24,000 nucleotides of DNA from an uncultured Eubacterium sp. GTDB taxonomy: Bacteria > Bacillota > Clostridia > Lachnospirales > Lachnospiraceae. Of the stretch, positions 1-8,195 are shown piece after piece (the first letter of the stretch is position 1; every line of letters starts with the position of its first letter). The translations under genes were made by a program, and so were the position numbers. The stretch lies in the NCBI GenBank assembly GCA_910580075.1, contig CAJTVR010000067.1, positions 1 to 24,000 of the forward strand. The letters run 5' to 3'. The notes under the pieces were generated by a model. It did no database searches and was not told the origin of the DNA. It saw only the letters and a list, made by a program, of their open reading frames with translations.

Positions 1-174
1 CTCTGTTTTTCACAAAAAGTCACATGGACTCTATCAGGGGTTCTGAATAGTTACTTTTCTTTTTCATAAATATTTCCACCTTTCTTAAAATATAATGTAA
101 ATACAGCAGCAGCTTCCGAAGCATTTTTCTGACTGCTGTTTCGGTCAGAATGCCGAAAACTGTGCGTTTTACTC

Positions 175-894
175 TTATTCTTCAAATTTATACATTTTAT
201 CTTCCAGCAGCTCCCGGATCATTCCGTACTGCCGCTCATCAATCTGAATCTTCCACCTGTCCCGGGTGATACATCCCTTTTCTTCCAGTGACTTCAGAGT
301 CCTGGTCACGGTCCGTTCCGACACCCCGGCTGTCTCTGTAAAGTCTTTCCGGCTCATATACAGGCTGCACTTTCCATTTTTTTCATATGACTGATACATT
401 TTGTAAAGCACCAGATAAATTCGTTCAACGCCCTGGAGCAGTACATACAGTCTCTCTTTCTTGGCCTGCTTTAAAAGATACCTTCCAACCTTTTTACATT
501 CCATACGGTAAGCACAAAAATCATGCTCAAACCATGTTCCGAACTGTTCCCGGCTGGTTTTTAAAAAGACACTATCCACTGTGGTCACCAGCGTGGTCTG
601 GTATTCCTCTGTTTCCAGCATCAGTTCCATAACACCAAACACCTCAACAGGATGGAACTGGATAAAACCGTAAGTCATATCCTTAACTCTGTGTTCCTCT
701 GCCGTCACACTTCCTTTTAAAAGAATGTAGATATCCTCTGCCGGCTCTCCTTCAGCGATAAACGTTCTGTTTTTTGGTATATGAATCACCTGAAATGCAT
801 CCATGAGCCAGAAGGGCGCACCTGCAAAATAGGTCTCCAGATAGACTCTGTGCTGTCTTTCAAGCTTATGGATCTGTCTGACCGCTTCATTCAT
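175..894 (-). CDS. Crp/Fnr-family transcriptional regulator
   Basis: 239-aa ATG ORF. The N-terminal part looks like a cNMP-binding beta-roll (FIAEGEPAEDIYILLKGSV). The C-terminal part is a helix-turn-helix (SRKDFTETAGVSERTVTRTLKSLEEKGCI). An SD-like AGGCGGTGA sits just upstream. The gene starts 26 nt after the deoB stop on the same strand. Confidence 0.8.
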   Translation of the reverse strand: MNEAVRQIHKLERQHRVYLETYFAGAPFWLMDAFQVIHIPKNRTFIAEGEPAEDIYILLKGSVTAEEHRVKDMTYGFIQFHPVEVFGVMELMLETEEYQTTLVTTVDSVFLKTSREQFGTWFEHDFCAYRMECKKVGRYLLKQAKKERLYVLLQGVERIYLVLYKMYQSYEKNGKCSLYMSRKDFTETAGVSERTVTRTLKSLEEKGCITRDRWKIQIDERQYGMIRELLEDKMYKFEE

Positions 895-920
895 CTGTCA
901 CCGCCTGTAATTAACTGGTT

Positions 921-2111
921 TTATACAAGCTGCTCAAGAAGTGAGGTGCCAATCGTTCCCTCAGGCATAGCAGTTTCAAAATTGTCTGCCACAGTCGCCC
1001 CGATGACTGCAAAAGTATCGGTTTCCGGAAGCATTCCATGCCCTTTCATGGACGGAGACCAGGCAAAAAACGGTACTTTTTCTCTCGTATGATCCGTTCC
1101 CGTATAAGTCGGGTCATTGCCATGATCCGCTGTGATGATAAGGAGATCTTCATCCTTGAGAATATCCATCAGCACGCCCAGATTCCGGTCAAATTTTTCA
1201 ATCTCCTGTGCATATCCTGCCGGATCTCTTCTGTGTCCCCAGAGTGCATCGAAGTCTACCAGATTCACAAAGCACAGTCCGTGAAAATCTTCCTTTGCCA
1301 CCTCAATGGTCTGTTCCATTCCATGAACCGAGCTCTTGGATTTCAAAGCCCTTGTAATTCCCTCGCCGTCAAAGATATCATTGATCTTGCCAATGGAAAT
1401 CACGTCCAGACCGGCCTCTTTCAGGGCATCCAGTACTGTCTTTCCAAAAGGTTTCAGCGCATAGTCGTGGCGGTTGCTGGTTCTTTTAAATTCGCCCTTC
1501 TTTTTTCCCAGGTAAGGCCTTGCAATAACCCTTCCTACTTTCCATTCTTCTTTCATGGTGATGTCTCTGGCAATCTCGCAGCACCGGTAGAGCTCGTCCA
1601 GTCCGAATGTCTCTTCATTTCCGCAGATCTGCAGCACAGAATCTGCCGAAGTATAGACAATCATATGTCCGGCAGCAATCTCTTCTTCTGCCAGTTCATC
1701 CAGAATTTCTGTCCCGCTGGCACTCTTGTTTCCGATAACCTTACGTCCTGTCCGTTCTTCCAGTTCCTGAATCAGTTCTGGCGGGAATCCGGTATCGGTG
1801 AATGTCTTAAACGGCTGTTTTCCTTCGAGCCCCATCATCTCCCAGTGGCCTGTCATGGTATCCTTGCCGCAGCTTTTTTCATTCAGCTTCGTATAATATG
1901 CCAGCGGCTCCTCTGCCGGCTCTGCCTGCTTTAATGTACACAGGTTTGCCATTCCCAGCTTCCTTAGATTGGGCATCTCCAGATGATCCACCGATTCTGA
2001 GATATGTTCCATCGTATTTACCCCCACATCTCCGTACTCCTTGGAATCCGGCATTTCACCTACACCCAGAGAATCCATAACAACTACAAAAACACGGTTA
2101 TATCTTCGCAT
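921..2111 (-). CDS. deoB: phosphopentomutase
   Basis: 396-aa ORF with an N-terminal metal-site motif ([13 protein letters not shown]) and a C-terminal [19 protein letters not shown], both typical of DeoB. SD GGAGA lies 6 nt upstream of the ATG. Confidence 0.93.
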   Translation of the reverse strand: MRRYNRVFVVVMDSLGVGEMPDSKEYGDVGVNTMEHISESVDHLEMPNLRKLGMANLCTLKQAEPAEEPLAYYTKLNEKSCGKDTMTGHWEMMGLEGKQPFKTFTDTGFPPELIQELEERTGRKVIGNKSASGTEILDELAEEEIAAGHMIVYTSADSVLQICGNEETFGLDELYRCCEIARDITMKEEWKVGRVIARPYLGKKKGEFKRTSNRHDYALKPFGKTVLDALKEAGLDVISIGKINDIFDGEGITRALKSKSSVHGMEQTIEVAKEDFHGLCFVNLVDFDALWGHRRDPAGYAQEIEKFDRNLGVLMDILKDEDLLIITADHGNDPTYTGTDHTREKVPFFAWSPSMKGHGMLPETDTFAVIGATVADNFETAMPEGTIGTSLLEQLV

Positions 2112-2151
2112 ATTCTTTCTCCTGATTTAATTTCTGCTGATTTCAGTTTTT

Positions 2152-2574
2152 CTATTCCGCCAGATTTCCAGGTCCAAATCCCATAGGCAGAAGTTCTTCC
2201 AGACGAAGCACCTGATAGTGTTCTGTATCCGTTGCCAGAATAATTTCAAATGTTTTCGGATCACAGAATTCCATCATCACCTGACGGCACACTCCGCAGG
2301 GCGGAGCATATTCTGTCAGTCTGCCGTCCATGCCTCCGACCACACAGATCGCTGAAAATTTTCTCACTCCCTCGCTGACTGCCTTGAAAAAAGCGGTACG
2401 CTCCGCACAGTTCGAAGGCGTGTAAGCTGCATTCTCTATATTGCATCCTTTGTAAATGCTGCCGTCCTCTGCCAGAAGGGCTGCACCTACATGAAAATGA
2501 GAATATGGAACATATGAATAGGCAAGCTGGTCTGTCGCCGTTTTGATCAGCTTTTGTATCAGCTCTTTTTCCAT
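2152..2574 (-). CDS. cdd: cytidine deaminase
   Basis: 140-aa ORF with zinc-ligand motifs CAERTA and PCGVCRQ. Its ATG overlaps the udp stop by 1 nt (TAATG), which suggests translational coupling. Confidence 0.93.
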   Translation of the reverse strand: MEKELIQKLIKTATDQLAYSYVPYSHFHVGAALLAEDGSIYKGCNIENAAYTPSNCAERTAFFKAVSEGVRKFSAICVVGGMDGRLTEYAPPCGVCRQVMMEFCDPKTFEIILATDTEHYQVLRLEELLPMGFGPGNLAE

Positions 2575-3356
2575 TATCTTCCTCCTTCCTGATCTTCCCT
2601 GATCAGTCTGCGCAAAGCTCCCACTGCAACCCGGATCGCCATATCTGTATCATGTACTACCGGATTATCCAGTCCTTTCTGCTCCCGTTCCTGGTTGGCC
2701 ACTACTAAAAATGCAGATCCCACACGTACATGCAGTGCACTGGCTGCCACAAAAAGCGCTGCCGACTCCATCTCTGACGCCAGACATCCCAGACGTTTCC
2801 ATGCCTCCCATTTATTCAGCAGTTCATAGCTGACAGGCATGGCTTCAGGCTCATGCTGTCCATAGAAAGCATCTTTACACTGCACAACGCCTGCGTGATA
2901 CGCTGTTCCATGTTCTTTTGCTGATGAAATAAGTGCATTGACAACGCCGATATCTGCTACTGCCGGAAATTCTATTGGTGCATACTCTTTGCTGGTGCCC
3001 TCCATCCGGATTGCTCCGGTGGCAACAACAATATCCCCGCTCTTTACATCCAGCTGCATGCCGCCGCAAGTTCCCACACGGATAAAAGTGTCTGCCCCTG
3101 ACCGGACCAGTTCTTCGATAGCAATGGATGCAGACGGGCCGCCGATTCCCGTGGAAGTCACACTGACTTTTACGCCATCCAGGTAACCTGTATAAGTCAC
3201 GTATTCCCGGCTGTCTGCCATAAGTTTTGCATCATCAAAATACTTTGCAATCTTTGCACACCGTTTAGGGTCCCCAGGCAGAATGATATATTTTCCCACG
3301 TCTCCTTCGCCTACCTGGATGTGATACTGCCTGCTCGCATCTTCTGAATAATTCAT
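2574..3356 (-). CDS. udp: uridine phosphorylase (PNP/UDP family 1 nucleoside phosphorylase)
   Basis: 260-aa ORF with family motifs [16 protein letters not shown] and EMESAALF. The length fits Udp better than DeoD. A strong SD GGAGGA lies 5 nt upstream of the ATG. It is the first gene of the udp-cdd-deoB operon. Confidence 0.82.
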   Translation of the reverse strand: MNYSEDASRQYHIQVGEGDVGKYIILPGDPKRCAKIAKYFDDAKLMADSREYVTYTGYLDGVKVSVTSTGIGGPSASIAIEELVRSGADTFIRVGTCGGMQLDVKSGDIVVATGAIRMEGTSKEYAPIEFPAVADIGVVNALISSAKEHGTAYHAGVVQCKDAFYGQHEPEAMPVSYELLNKWEAWKRLGCLASEMESAALFVAASALHVRVGSAFLVVANQEREQKGLDNPVVHDTDMAIRVAVGALRRLIREDQEGGR

Positions 3357-3555
3357 TACCGTCCTCCATTCTTCGCAAAAAAACGCCTTATGGCTCTTTT
3401 TTGGTCATTTTACCTGCTTTTACTTCTTTCCATGACATAAATATATCATAAATTTACAACAAACAAAAGGCCATATGGCATATTTAATATATTTTTTTAT
3501 TCTGAAAAATTTTTATTATTGATTTCCTGAATGGCAGGCGGAGATACTTATTATA

Positions 3556-3941
3556 TTTTCTGCTTCCAGGCTGTGACAGAGGACGGACAACTGGCTTCCC
3601 GGACGCCAGGCGGAGAAACTTTTTCCTTTTTCTGTTCCGCCTGCAAACAGTAAGAACTTCTAAATTTTCTGCCTGATACCCAGGATTTGGGGCTCACTGC
3701 CTGCCGCATACAGAAACCTGGAAGTCCCAAAAGGTGTCTGCCAGTGCCAGAGCATAAAGCCGGCCGTAACGCCAGGGCATCAGGCACCGGTCCGTCCGCT
3801 GCCACAGCCTGGAAGCAGAAAATTTAGAAGTTCTTACTGTTCGGAGGCGGAACAGAAAAAGGAAAAAGTGTCTCTTCCCAGCGTCCGGATAATCTATAGG
3901 ATTCCCGAACACCCTCCGTCCCAGCGTCCGGGTAATCTATA
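3556..3941. repeat. complex nested inverted and direct repeat built from a ~109-nt unit
   Basis: Positions 3599-3672 are the reverse complement of 3815-3888 (about 67/74 by hand alignment). Positions 3556-3588 are the reverse complement of 3790-3822 (31/33). A 22-nt direct repeat CCCAGCGTCCGG(A/G)TAATCTATA occurs at 3877-3898 and 3920-3941. TTTTCTGC occurs directly at 3556-3563 and 3665-3672, marking the unit boundaries. Confidence 0.9.
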
Positions 3942-4271
3942 TAATTTTGTCTGGCAATTGTAAGAAATCAGAAACTATATCTTCACTTATTCAGCAGGTG
4001 TGGTTTCTCTGACATTAAACTTTCAAGTTTTGAAATATCAGTGAAATCAATCTTTTTCCACGTGCATGAAGCTGAAGTATCGTTTCATCTTCATGCTTAT
4101 TTCAGTCTGTATGGGGATTTAGCGGGTTACAGGTACGTATTATGGTCAAGATATGAAAAAATATAGAGATTATTATTGAGATATGGAATGTCTAAATTGA
4201 ATGCATTAAAATATGAAAATCATTCACCGCCTGACAATCCAGCAGAGATCTGTCCGTATGATTTCTAAAAA

Positions 4272-4326
4272 GGGACAGCCGCACTAAGTATAAATATACA
4301 AGATATATTCTTAATGCGGCAGCCCC
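4272..4326 (-). terminator. putative Rho-independent terminator of the yjjI-like gene
   Basis: On the minus strand, GGGGCTGCCGCATTAAG (rc of 4310-4326) pairs with CTTAGTGCGGCTGTCCC (rc of 4272-4288). The stem is 17 bp with 1 mismatch and 2 G-U pairs, and the loop is 21 nt. A TTTTT run follows. It lies 41 nt downstream of the stop codon. Confidence 0.65.
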
Positions 4327-4366
4327 TTTACTTTACCTGGAAGTTTCTGTTAACTGCCCGTCTGCA

Positions 4367-5911
4367 TCAGCGGATCTTCCGCTCCAGAATGTGTCCGTTC
4401 TTAGAAGCTCCAAGTCCAAGCCCTGTTGTATTCTGGAGGACTGCCAGACCGCTGTCCAGTTTCTCCATCTCAGAGCGTTTCACCAGATAGCCGGTTACCC
4501 GGATTACATCGCTGTCGCTGGAATAGAAGGACAGGTATCTCAGATCCTGGTGGAACGAGCCTTTAATAATATCCAGTACAAATTCCGGATTCTTATGCAC
4601 TGTCATATCAATCGGGAAGATGTCACCGGTTCCGGATGGAAAATACTTGTGGAATCTGCTCAGCACCTTCAGCTGGTCAATCAGTTCCTTTGGTTCCTCA
4701 CCAATCGGGATCCTGGTTCCCGGTGATACATGTTCATCCTCTGCAAGTCCTACCTGCGCATGCAGCAGATAATGGCCGCCCGTCACTTCACAGTATGGAG
4801 CCTCATGATTCTTGTTAAAGTTATTAATGATCTCCATAATCTCCACACCCAGATCATTAGCAATATCATCATGCCCGAACCGGCCGGTTTTGCCTTCTTT
4901 TTCCAGAAGAATATTCACGCATTCTGCCATACCTACCATACCAAACATGGCTGTAAAACGGTCTCTGTGTACAAATCCTTCTTTTATAAGGAAGTGATTC
5001 TCAAAAAATCCGCTTTCTTCTACTTCAAAACGCACTCTCGCATCCATATAGCGGGCCATGATATCAAGGACATACGGAAGCTCACGCTCTTTAAAGTCCT
5101 GAATATTTTTCGCTCTTTTTGCAATATTTCCAAGAATCAGTCTGCAGAGCGTATAGCTGCCGCCGCCCAGAGGCAGACCGTTATAACAGCTTGCGATTAC
5201 GTATTTATCTGTCAGTTCGCTGCGGAACATTGCATGATTGGCAAAACTCGGCTTTGCGCTGTGCAGTGCGCAGTCTATGGCTTTCAGAGCGAATTCATCA
5301 TCTGTTACGCCTTCTTCATATTTCATCGTAATATTCGGCACTGCATGTTCCAGTTCCGCTTCTACCTCAAGGAGCAGCCTTCCTGCTTTGGTTGCTTTCG
5401 GCCCGATGTTGGCATGTGAAAATGAATCCAGAATCGTGCGGTCCATGTGAATCATAAACATCCGGAGAAGTTTCTTTGCCTGAGTTTCATCCACTGTATC
5501 AATAAACGGCTCTAAAAGTTCATCCAGCTGTCCTACATAAACCGGATAATTGGTTATGCTTGGCACATGCTTATAGAAAATCAGAAGACTGTTCAGAGCC
5601 TCATACAAATCTGTCGGTGCCGGCAGCTGAAGGAAGCTGCATCCTTCTTTCATAAATTTAGCATAATCCGGCGCAATGTATCGCGGACGCACCGGCGCAT
5701 GCCCCTCTGCCAGATCACAGATGCACTGTTTGTCAATGCCTGTATTCAAAAGTTCATCCAGTCCCTCTGGAAGATCCAGCACTTCCATCAGGGAATCCGC
5801 ATGATTGGCAAGAGTAGTCAGCTTTTGCTCGTGCGTCAGCACTGGACTCTTAATCGTCTCCAGTATCTTTGTTCTTGTTTCATTTACCCGTTCCATGGAA
5901 ATTTCTCTCAT
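4367..5911 (-). CDS. YjjI-family glycyl radical enzyme-like protein (function unknown)
   Basis: 514-aa ORF with SD AGGAGG upstream of the ATG. The C-terminal glycyl-radical-type motif DVIRVTGYLVKR puts the candidate radical glycine at residue 474 (codon 4490-4492). Size and overall layout match my recollection of E. coli YjjI (about 516 aa). The family assignment is from memory, not from a search. Confidence 0.72.
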   Translation of the reverse strand: MREISMERVNETRTKILETIKSPVLTHEQKLTTLANHADSLMEVLDLPEGLDELLNTGIDKQCICDLAEGHAPVRPRYIAPDYAKFMKEGCSFLQLPAPTDLYEALNSLLIFYKHVPSITNYPVYVGQLDELLEPFIDTVDETQAKKLLRMFMIHMDRTILDSFSHANIGPKATKAGRLLLEVEAELEHAVPNITMKYEEGVTDDEFALKAIDCALHSAKPSFANHAMFRSELTDKYVIASCYNGLPLGGGSYTLCRLILGNIAKRAKNIQDFKERELPYVLDIMARYMDARVRFEVEESGFFENHFLIKEGFVHRDRFTAMFGMVGMAECVNILLEKEGKTGRFGHDDIANDLGVEIMEIINNFNKNHEAPYCEVTGGHYLLHAQVGLAEDEHVSPGTRIPIGEEPKELIDQLKVLSRFHKYFPSGTGDIFPIDMTVHKNPEFVLDIIKGSFHQDLRYLSFYSSDSDVIRVTGYLVKRSEMEKLDSGLAVLQNTTGLGLGASKNGHILERKIR

Positions 5912-6168
5912 ATTCCGCCTCCTGTTCTAAATGCCGCATTGATGCTCATAATGCTGCTTTGTTGGTTTTCTATATTTCATTCTCGGTATCTACTAAATTT
6001 ATATCATATATTGACAAAAATGCAAAGGACAGATGACCTTTTTTTCATGATATTTTGCATATATTTTCTTAATTCCTGCTAAAAAAACGGCCATCATTCC
6101 TGATTGCATGTTTTTCGTTATTTTTAAGGACGTTTTTGCCTGGCAGCCAGGCAGCCTGCGATTAATGA

Positions 6169-6197
6169 TTGAATCTCCTTCTGTTTCATGCTAAAAT
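6169..6197 (+). promoter_or_regulatory. putative SigA-type promoter of the GH13 gene
   Basis: TTGAAT (6169-6174), a 17-nt spacer, then TAAAAT (6192-6197) with an upstream TG at 6189-6190 (extended -10). It lies about 60 nt upstream of the ATG. Confidence 0.5.
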
Positions 6198-6256
6198 AAA
6201 ACACATGGCTCATTCCATTAAAAAACAAAATAGAAAATATTTAGGAGGTTTCACAT

Positions 6257-8188
6257 ATGGCATGGTATGACGAGGCAGTCTTTTATCACATCTATCCCCT
6301 GGGGCTTACAGGAGCTCCAGCGGAGAATTCTTACACAGCTGCGGAGCACCGTTTAAACACCCTGATTCCATGGATTAGTCATATCAGGGAAACAGGTTTT
6401 AATGCAGTCTACATCGGTCCTTTGTTTGAATCGGTAGGACATGGCTATGAAACAACTGATTATAAGAAACTGGACAGCCGGCTTGGCACGAATGAAGACC
6501 TGACGAATTTTGTAGCAAAATGTCATGAACAGGGAATCCGTGTTATTTTAGACGGTGTATTTAATCATACCGGACGGGATTTCTTTGCGTTCCAGGACGT
6601 TAAGAAAAACAGGGAAAGCTCCCCTTACAAAGACTGGTACTGCAATGTCAATTTCTGGGGAAATAACGAATATAACGACGGTTTTACCTACGAAAACTGG
6701 GGCGGATATAATCTGCTGGTCAAATTAAACCAGCATAATCCTGCAGTCAGGGATTATATCTGCGATGTCATCCGTTTCTGGGTCAGCGAGTTTGATATTG
6801 ACGGTATCCGTTTAGATGCTGCGGATGTGCTGGATTTCGAATATATGAAAGCTCTGCGCCATACAGCAAATGAAGTGAAACCGGATTTCTGGCTGATGGG
6901 CGAAGTCATTCACGGCGATTATACCCGCTGGGTAAATGAGGGCACTCTGCATTCAGTGACAAATTATAATCTGCATAAAGCGCTTTATTCCGGACACAAC
7001 GACCACAATTATTTTGAAATTGCCCATACAGTTAAACGCTTATATGAAATGGGCGGCAGCCGCCCGGACGGCCTGAAATTATATAACTTTGTGGACAACC
7101 ATGATGTAGAGCGGATTTATACAAAACTGAATAACAAAGCTCATTTTAAGCCTGTGCATATTCTGCTCTATACACTTCCAGGCATCCCGTCTGTTTATTA
7201 TGGCTCAGAATTCGGTATCGAAGGAAAGAAGGAACGCTTTTCGGATGCTTCCCTTCGTCCTGCACTGTCACTGGAAGACTTTACAGACGCAGCCAGTACA
7301 AATCCGTGCACACGTCTGATTGCAGCATTGGGACATATCCGCCAGAACACACCGGAGCTTTCCTACGGCGACTACCATGAACTGCTGCTGACCAACCGCC
7401 AGTATGCATTTTCCAGAACCAGCGGCGGAAAGTCTGCAATTGTTGCAGTAAACAATGACGACAGTGATTATACCATGACACTCCGGGCTGACGGTGCTGC
7501 TGAATATATCGGAGCACTGTCCGGTGAAAAGGTATCTGTAAACGGCGGCAATATCGTGGTAAATGTAAAAGCATGCAGCGGTGATATCTGGCTGCCTGTA
7601 ACTGCTGATTCACAAAAAACCGTATCGCCGCTTACTGAGAAAGCTGCCCCGGCCGCAAAAGCTGCGCCAGCATCTGAAAGCCATGCTGCTGTTTCCGCAG
7701 ACAGCCCTTCCACCCAGGCTGCCGCAGATGCCTCCCAGTCTCAGGCTGAAAACCACAGTGTAAATGAAACACAGTCTGCTGCTGTTTCCGGTCATGCAGC
7801 TGCTCCTTCTGCTGACAAAGCTGCCCCTTCTGCAGATAAGGCCGCTCCTTCTGCTGACAAAACTGCCTCTGCTGACACTGAGGTACAGACTGCCCAGACG
7901 GATCATTCAGCAGACACAAAGCATGCAGACAGCGGAATCCAGAAGATGAACGGTACCGCAGACACTGCTGCCGGCTCACAGACAGACCGCACCGCGGGAT
8001 CAGAAATCGGCAGGGCTGTAGACCAGGCTGTTTCAAAGGCTTTCGAAGACGGAAAAATTGCCGGCCTTCAGGAAGCAATTCTTGCCATTATGGAGAAAAA
8101 CGGTCCGGTTACAGACCAGATGCGCCGTGACGTAGAGGCAAACGTATACCATGATTCTCTGATTAACTGGGTTAAGAGTTTCCGTTAA
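6257..8188 (+). CDS. GH13 alpha-amylase-family glycoside hydrolase with a low-complexity C-terminal tail
   Basis: 643-aa ORF. AGGAGG at 6243-6248 lies 8 nt upstream of the ATG. The four GH13 conserved regions are present: DGVFNHTG, GIRLDAADV, WLMGEVIHG and FVDNHDVER. There is no N-terminal signal peptide (MAWYDEAVFYHIYPLG), so the protein is probably cytoplasmic. Confidence 0.9.
   Translation: MAWYDEAVFYHIYPLGLTGAPAENSYTAAEHRLNTLIPWISHIRETGFNAVYIGPLFESVGHGYETTDYKKLDSRLGTNEDLTNFVAKCHEQGIRVILDGVFNHTGRDFFAFQDVKKNRESSPYKDWYCNVNFWGNNEYNDGFTYENWGGYNLLVKLNQHNPAVRDYICDVIRFWVSEFDIDGIRLDAADVLDFEYMKALRHTANEVKPDFWLMGEVIHGDYTRWVNEGTLHSVTNYNLHKALYSGHNDHNYFEIAHTVKRLYEMGGSRPDGLKLYNFVDNHDVERIYTKLNNKAHFKPVHILLYTLPGIPSVYYGSEFGIEGKKERFSDASLRPALSLEDFTDAASTNPCTRLIAALGHIRQNTPELSYGDYHELLLTNRQYAFSRTSGGKSAIVAVNNDDSDYTMTLRADGAAEYIGALSGEKVSVNGGNIVVNVKACSGDIWLPVTADSQKTVSPLTEKAAPAAKAAPASESHAAVSADSPSTQAAADASQSQAENHSVNETQSAAVSGHAAAPSADKAAPSADKAAPSADKTASADTEVQTAQTDHSADTKHADSGIQKMNGTADTAAGSQTDRTAGSEIGRAVDQAVSKAFEDGKIAGLQEAILAIMEKNGPVTDQMRRDVEANVYHDSLINWVKSFR
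7799..7861 (+). repeat. 3 x 21-bp in-frame tandem repeat encoding AAPSADK
   Basis: The copies are gctgctccttctgctgacaaa, gctgccccttctgcagataag and gccgctccttctgctgacaaa, followed by a partial fourth copy (actgcctctgctgac). Confidence 0.88.
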
Positions 8189-8195
8189 TCACTCT

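Noticed and set aside
20-100. 15-codon minus-strand micro-ORF (MKKKSNYSEPLIESM, 20-67) with SD AAAGGTGGA, whose upstream region (ATTATATTTTAAGAAAGGTGGAAA) resembles the ribH initiation region (ATTATATTTTAAAGAAAGGTGAGAAA, rc of about 10024-10049)
   Set aside because: The similarity is only about 24 nt of AT-rich sequence plus an SD. The coding parts are unrelated, and the window ends 19 nt past the stop, so the context is unknown. It could be a leader peptide for a gene outside the window, but I cannot support that.
103-139. Possible terminator downstream of the Crp/Fnr gene (ACAGCAG ... CTGCTGT, 7-bp stem)
   Set aside because: The loop is 23 nt, the stem is short, and only a weak T/A-rich tail follows on the minus strand. 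This is too weak to call.
1038-1934. 298-aa plus-strand ORF antisense to deoB, with a similar 229-aa ORF at 4730-5419 antisense to the yjjI-like gene
   Set aside because: These are shadow ORFs lying fully inside strongly supported genes on the opposite strand. They have no SD and low-complexity, Cys/Phe-rich translations.
3599-3888. Reading the 74-nt inverted repeat as a promoter inverton
   Set aside because: The 142-nt spacer is GC-rich and has no recognisable -35/-10 pair. The arms are much longer than typical inverton repeats, and no invertase or recombinase gene is in the window. I kept this only as an alternative to test, not as a call.
3551-3912. Two minus-strand ORFs of 84 aa and 72 aa inside the repeat region
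   Set aside because: They have no SD, and their composition is odd (Cys/Arg/Pro-rich). They are generated by the repeat arms and overlap each other, so I treat them as non-coding.
6138-6152. Palindrome GCCTGGC-A-GCCAGGC in the yjjI-like / GH13 divergent promoter region
   Set aside because: It is a single short GC palindrome with no second copy and no match to an operator family I can name. It may be a regulator site, but the evidence is insufficient.
7281-8078. Several minus-strand ORFs (81-148 aa) antisense to the GH13 tail, and plus-strand ORFs at 11626-12362 antisense to ribE/ribD
   Set aside because: They arise because the repetitive, GC-rich, low-complexity DNA is stop-free in several frames. 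They have no start context and no recognisable motifs.
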